The notes beneath the pieces are model-generated. The model was not told the origin of the DNA, searched no databases, and saw nothing but the letters and a program-made list of their open reading frames with translations. From NCBI RefSeq assembly GCF_000633355.1, contig NZ_AYMQ01000056.1, positions 148,658 to 188,657 of the forward strand: DNA of 40,000 nt, given 5' to 3'. Positions 36,717-40,000 of this stretch are shown one piece after another (within the stretch, counting starts at the first letter, position 1; the number at the start of each line of letters is the position of its first letter). The position numbers and the translations under genes are program-made. The DNA is from Serratia sp. H1w. GTDB lineage: Bacteria > Pseudomonadota > Gammaproteobacteria > Enterobacterales > Enterobacteriaceae.

Positions 36717-36786
36717 CTCTCACTCCTGATTTCCTGCCATCGTTAAACTCCAGGCGACGAACCTTTGAGTCTGTGCTGCCGTTAGC

Positions 36787-36803
36787 TATACACAAAACAT
36801 GCC
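36787..36803 (-). promoter_or_regulatory. Weak candidate sigma54-type promoter for hydN-hyf operon (non-canonical -12)
   Basis: The minus strand reads TGGCAT-GTTTT-GTGTA. The -24 element is good, but the -12 element reads GT instead of GC. It is preceded by a 40-nt AT-rich tract and lies about 70 nt upstream of the hydN ATG and 100-170 bp from the GTCA/TGAC repeats. Low confidence. Confidence 0.3.
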
Positions 36804-36931
36804 AGATGTAATAAATACATATAAAACAATTAATTATGATTTTATTGGCGCGGGATTGATGGCTGATGGACATAAACGACGACGCTGAGGTGACCATTTG
36901 TCACAATCCGTGCGGGTAAACGTCGTCACTT

Positions 36932-36966
36932 CGTCATTTTTGTCGAAATCGGCAGCAAAAATGACG
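36932..36966. promoter_or_regulatory. Inverted repeat CGTCATTTTT-N15-AAAAATGACG; candidate FhlA upstream activating sequence
   Basis: Perfect 10-bp arms sit at 36932..36941 and 36957..36966 with TGTCGAAA between them. Additional (T/C)GTCAC motifs lie at 36899 and 36924. The repeat sits in the divergent hydN/hypA control region, 112-146 bp upstream of the hypA sigma54 promoter. Assignment to FhlA is an inference. Confidence 0.4.
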
Positions 36967-37066
36967 CCCTCACCCCAACCCTCTCCCACAGGGCGAGGGA
37001 GCCGATCGGTGATTGATGTGGCACGGACTGTCCCCTCTCCTTTTGGGAGAGGGTTAGGGTGAGGGG
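36967..37066. repeat. Interrupted/composite copy of the REP-like palindrome
   Basis: The left arm CCCTCACCCCAACCCTCTCCC (36967..36987) and right arm GGGAGAGGGTTAGGGTGAGGGG (37045..37066) match the 24834..24880 element with one mismatch. They are separated by 57 nt that contains partial arm copies (GGGCGAGGG, CCCTCTCC) and a CCGATCGG palindrome. Confidence 0.85.
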
Positions 37067-37077
37067 AAAAATAACCT

Positions 37078-37093
37078 TGGCACCGTAATTGCA
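37078..37093 (+). promoter_or_regulatory. sigma54 (-24/-12) promoter of hypA-hypC(-fhlA)
   Basis: TGGCAC-CGTAA-TTGCA is a perfect match to the TGGCAC-N5-TTGCA consensus. It lies 45 nt upstream of the hypA ATG, and GGAG lies 5 nt before that ATG. Confidence 0.85.
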
Positions 37094-37137
37094 CAGTCCA
37101 GATATTCGGCCACTACTAGCTGAACCACGGAGCTCAG

Positions 37138-37482
37138 ATGCATGAAATAACCTTGTGCCACCATGCGATGGAAATCATGCAGCAGCACGCCCGGCAAAAT
37201 CATGCCCGGCGCATTACCGCCGTATGGTTTGAGATCGGCGCATTTTCCTGCGTGGAAGCGGAGTCGCTGCGGTTCTGCTTCGACATGGTGTGCCGTGGGA
37301 CCTTGGCCGAAGGCTGTGAGCTGCATCTGCTCGAACAGCAGGCGCAGTGTTGGTGCCACGACTGCCGGCAGGAGGTTCAACTGCTGGTTCCCCAGGTGTT
37401 GGTCTGCCCGCAATGTGGCGGACGCAACCTGCGAGCTCAGGCGGATGACGGCTTGCAGCTCAAGCGCCTGGAAATTGAATAA
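37138..37482 (+). CDS. hypA: Hydrogenase nickel-insertion protein HypA
   Basis: The protein has the MHEITLC N-terminal Ni motif and GAFSCVEAESLRFCFDMVCRGTLAEGC. The zinc site is CWCHDC...CPQCGG, and the length is 114 aa. Confidence 0.93.
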   Translation: MHEITLCHHAMEIMQQHARQNHARRITAVWFEIGAFSCVEAESLRFCFDMVCRGTLAEGCELHLLEQQAQCWCHDCRQEVQLLVPQVLVCPQCGGRNLRAQADDGLQLKRLEIE

Positions 37483-37497
37483 CCAAGAGGAACAAGC

Positions 37498-37788
37498 ATG
37501 TGCATAGGCATACCCGGTAAGGTTGTGGCGCTAGTTGACAATCATCCCCAGCACGCCTGGGTCGATGTCTGTGGTGTACAACGAGAAGTGAATATTGCGC
37601 TGGTGTGCCAGGACGAAGGATCGCCAGAGGCGTTAATCGATAGCTGGGTGCTGATCCATGTTGGATTCGCCATGAGTCGCCTGGATGAGCAAGAGGCGCA
37701 GGAAACCTTGTCAGCGCTGCAAGCGATGGGGGAAGTAGAGCAGGACGTTGCATTGTTCCTGGCGGGGGAAGGCAGCGCGAATAGATAG
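37498..37788 (+). CDS. hypC: Hydrogenase maturation chaperone HypC/HybG family
   Basis: The protein has the MCIGIPGKVV N-terminus with the essential Cys2, then ...VDVCGVQREVNIALV...WVLIHVGFAMSRLDEQEA, for 96 aa. Confidence 0.92.
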   Translation: MCIGIPGKVVALVDNHPQHAWVDVCGVQREVNIALVCQDEGSPEALIDSWVLIHVGFAMSRLDEQEAQETLSALQAMGEVEQDVALFLAGEGSANR

Positions 37789-37933
37789 CGATAAATTGTG
37801 CTATTCCTGACGAATGGCATTCCTGTCACGGTGTTTTATTGATCCGGTCGGGAGAAATTACCATTAACAAACCTTACTCTTTGTGAGGATGTTCGCTGGC
37901 AATAATATTCGTGACTCAGACAAGTGATAACCC

Positions 37934-40000
37934 ATGTCGAATGTACGCTTGGAACAGCAAGACCTGCTCGAAATGACCCGCATGCTGCTCGGGCAGCATA
38001 ATTTCACCGATTTGTTACTGCAACTGCGCCAGGTGTTGCAACGGTTGCAGTTGGCCGACAGCGTAGCGTTGGTGCTATTCGATCCCCATAGCGACCGGGT
38101 GAGTTTTCACGGGCTGGATCAAGCGCTGCAACCGATGAGCTATCAGGATGAAACGCTGCTGGCGAATGGGCCGGTAAGCCGCCTGCGTCACAGTTCGTTG
38201 CCCCTGCGTTGGCAGGCTGAAGAGCTGCATGAGCGTTATCCACAAATCAGTCTTCTGAAGCTGCATCCTTCCTTCAACCAATACTGCCTGATGCCGTTAC
38301 ATGCCAGCGGCCGGCCGCTCGGTGGCTGCGAACTATTGCGTATTGATAACTCACCATTCAGTGATGCCAGCCTGGTGCAGTTGCAAACGCTGATGGAATT
38401 GGTGGCGTTGGCAACGCAGCAAATCACGCTGTTGGAACACGCGCAACGGCAGCAGCACCAGTTGCGCCATGAGCTGGATGACTATCGCATTTTGGTGGAT
38501 GTGACCAATGCGGTGTTGTCGAAGCTGGATCTGGACGATGTGATGGGGGAGATCTCGGAGAAAATTCACCATTTTTTCAACAGTGACGCCATCAGTATCG
38601 TGTTACGCAGCAATCACGCCGAACAGCTCACCATCTACTCTACCCATTATCTGCATAACAACGTCGCCGAACGCCAACAGTATAACGTCGCGTTGGCGGG
38701 CACCTTAACGGAACGGGTGATGCAAAGCGGCGAAATGCTGCTGTTGAATCTGAAAAATGCCGAGCAGCTTTCAGGCTATGAGCGGCGGCTGTTCGATATT
38801 TCCCAGGGCAGGATCGAGGCATTGTGCGTACTGCCGCTGATCTTTGGCCAAAAGAAGCTCGGGGTGCTGAAGCTGGCGCAGTGCCAGGCGGATGGCTTCA
38901 ACGCGGCTAACCTGCGGGTGCTGCAACAGATCGCCGAGCGTATCGCCATTGCGGTAGACAACGCGTTGGCCTGCCAGGAGATCAACCGGCTAAAAGAGAG
39001 TCTGGTGCATGAGAACCTGTACCTGACCGAGCAGATCAACGTCAATCATCCCGATTTGAGCGAGATTGTCGGGCGCAGTGCGGGGATGTCTGCGGTGCTC
39101 AAACAGGTCGAAATTGTGGCCCAAAGCGACTGTTCGGTGCTGATCCTCGGGGAAACAGGGACTGGCAAGGAACTGATTGCGCGAGCTATCCATAACCTGA
39201 GCGAACGACGTGACCAGCGCATGGTGAAAATGAATTGTGCGGTGATGCCAGCGGGCCTGTTGGAAAGCGATCTGTTTGGCCATGAAAAAGGCTCATTTAC
39301 CGGGGCCTCTACTCAGCGGATGGGACGTTTTGAGCTGGCGGAGAAGGGGACGCTATTCCTGGATGAAGTGGGGGAGATCCCCATTGAGCTGCAACCCAAG
39401 CTGCTGCGGGTATTACAGGAGCGGGAGTTTGAGCGGGTTGGTGGTAACAAGCCGATCTCCGTCGATATCCGCCTGATTGCCGCCACCAACCGGGATTTGC
39501 AACAGATGGTGGCCGATCGCGAATTCCGCAGCGATCTGTTCTATCGCCTGAACGTATTCCCGATCGTGATCCCACCGCTGCGTGAACGGCCAGAGGATAT
39601 CCCCCAACTGGTGAAGTTCCTGACCCATAAAATCGCCCGCCGAATGAAGCGCACTATCGACAGCATTCCGGCGCAAACGCTACGTTTATTAAGCCAGATG
39701 CCATGGCCGGGCAACGTGCGTGAGCTGGAGAACGTGATTGAGCGGGCGGTATTGCTGACGCGCGGCTCTGTGCTTGAATTACCACTACCCGAATTGCCGT
39801 ATTCGCAACCCGCCGCAGTGTTTTCCGCGCCAGTTACGGAAACGCTATCACCGGAGGAAGATGAGCGCCAACGGGTGATCCGTGTATTGAGAGAAACCAA
39901 CGGCGTGGTCGCCGGGCCACGGGGAGCCGCACAGCGTCTTGGGTTAAAGCGCACCACGCTGCTTTCGCGGATGAAGAAGTGGGGGATTTCGGTGAATTGA
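37934..40000 (+). CDS. fhlA: Formate hydrogenlyase transcriptional activator (sigma54-dependent bEBP, GAF-GAF-AAA+-HTH)
   Basis: The 688-aa protein has the AAA+ core VLILGETGTGKELIARAIH, GSFTGA (the GAFTGA position), LFLDEVGEIP and WPGNVRELENVIERAVLL. The C-terminal HTH AAQRLGLKRTTLLSRMKKWGI is nearly identical to E. coli FhlA. The stop TGA falls exactly at the window end (39998..40000). Confidence 0.93.
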   Translation: MSNVRLEQQDLLEMTRMLLGQHNFTDLLLQLRQVLQRLQLADSVALVLFDPHSDRVSFHGLDQALQPMSYQDETLLANGPVSRLRHSSLPLRWQAEELHERYPQISLLKLHPSFNQYCLMPLHASGRPLGGCELLRIDNSPFSDASLVQLQTLMELVALATQQITLLEHAQRQQHQLRHELDDYRILVDVTNAVLSKLDLDDVMGEISEKIHHFFNSDAISIVLRSNHAEQLTIYSTHYLHNNVAERQQYNVALAGTLTERVMQSGEMLLLNLKNAEQLSGYERRLFDISQGRIEALCVLPLIFGQKKLGVLKLAQCQADGFNAANLRVLQQIAERIAIAVDNALACQEINRLKESLVHENLYLTEQINVNHPDLSEIVGRSAGMSAVLKQVEIVAQSDCSVLILGETGTGKELIARAIHNLSERRDQRMVKMNCAVMPAGLLESDLFGHEKGSFTGASTQRMGRFELAEKGTLFLDEVGEIPIELQPKLLRVLQEREFERVGGNKPISVDIRLIAATNRDLQQMVADREFRSDLFYRLNVFPIVIPPLRERPEDIPQLVKFLTHKIARRMKRTIDSIPAQTLRLLSQMPWPGNVRELENVIERAVLLTRGSVLELPLPELPYSQPAAVFSAPVTETLSPEEDERQRVIRVLRETNGVVAGPRGAAQRLGLKRTTLLSRMKKWGISVN

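Noticed and set aside
37019-37024. Extra TGGCAC hexamers, here and at 15144..15149 (also TGGCAC-GTGCG-TATTGC at about 24808 on the + strand)
   Set aside because: No GC dinucleotide sits at the required GG-N10-GC spacing, so there is no -12 element. These are not counted as sigma54 promoters.

Overview
This is an Enterobacterales chromosomal segment. OmpA and the core proteins look Serratia/Yersiniaceae-like, but that is judged by eye only because no database search was possible. All product calls rest on recollected similarity to E. coli K-12 proteins and on motifs read from the translations.

The window has three blocks.
(1) 1-12.7 kb is a conserved core block, colinear with E. coli K-12: ompA (5' part), sulA with a LexA box, sxy/tfoX, yccS, yccF, helD, mgsA, yccT, yccU, hspQ, rlmI, yccX, tusE, yccA and tRNA-Ser(UGA).
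(2) 12.7-22.5 kb departs from K-12 synteny right after the tRNA. It holds a solitary SMC/ABC-type ATPase divergent from an orphan ClpP-like protease, an uncharacterised 3-gene ABC importer, an orphan DppA-like binding protein, and a GT9 heptosyltransferase plus WaaL-like ligase operon preceded by a dense GATC cluster.
(3) 22.5-40 kb is a complete hydrogenase-4-type formate hydrogenlyase (FHL-2) regulon: hydN-hyfABCDEFGHIJ-hycI, a selenocysteine-containing fdhF with SECIS, then divergent hypA-hypC-fhlA. It carries sigma54 promoters and two copies of a REP-like palindrome sitting in the sigma54 control regions.

No rRNA, CRISPR array, IS/transposase, integrase or prophage genes were seen.

The best second-look candidates are:
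- the GATC-cluster/OxyR-like site upstream of the extra GT9/WaaL-like operon, a possible Dam phase-variation switch for a surface-glycan module;
- the tRNA-adjacent ATPase plus ClpP-like pair;
- the palindromic repeats wedged into the FhlA/sigma54 control regions.
None of these is proven from sequence alone.
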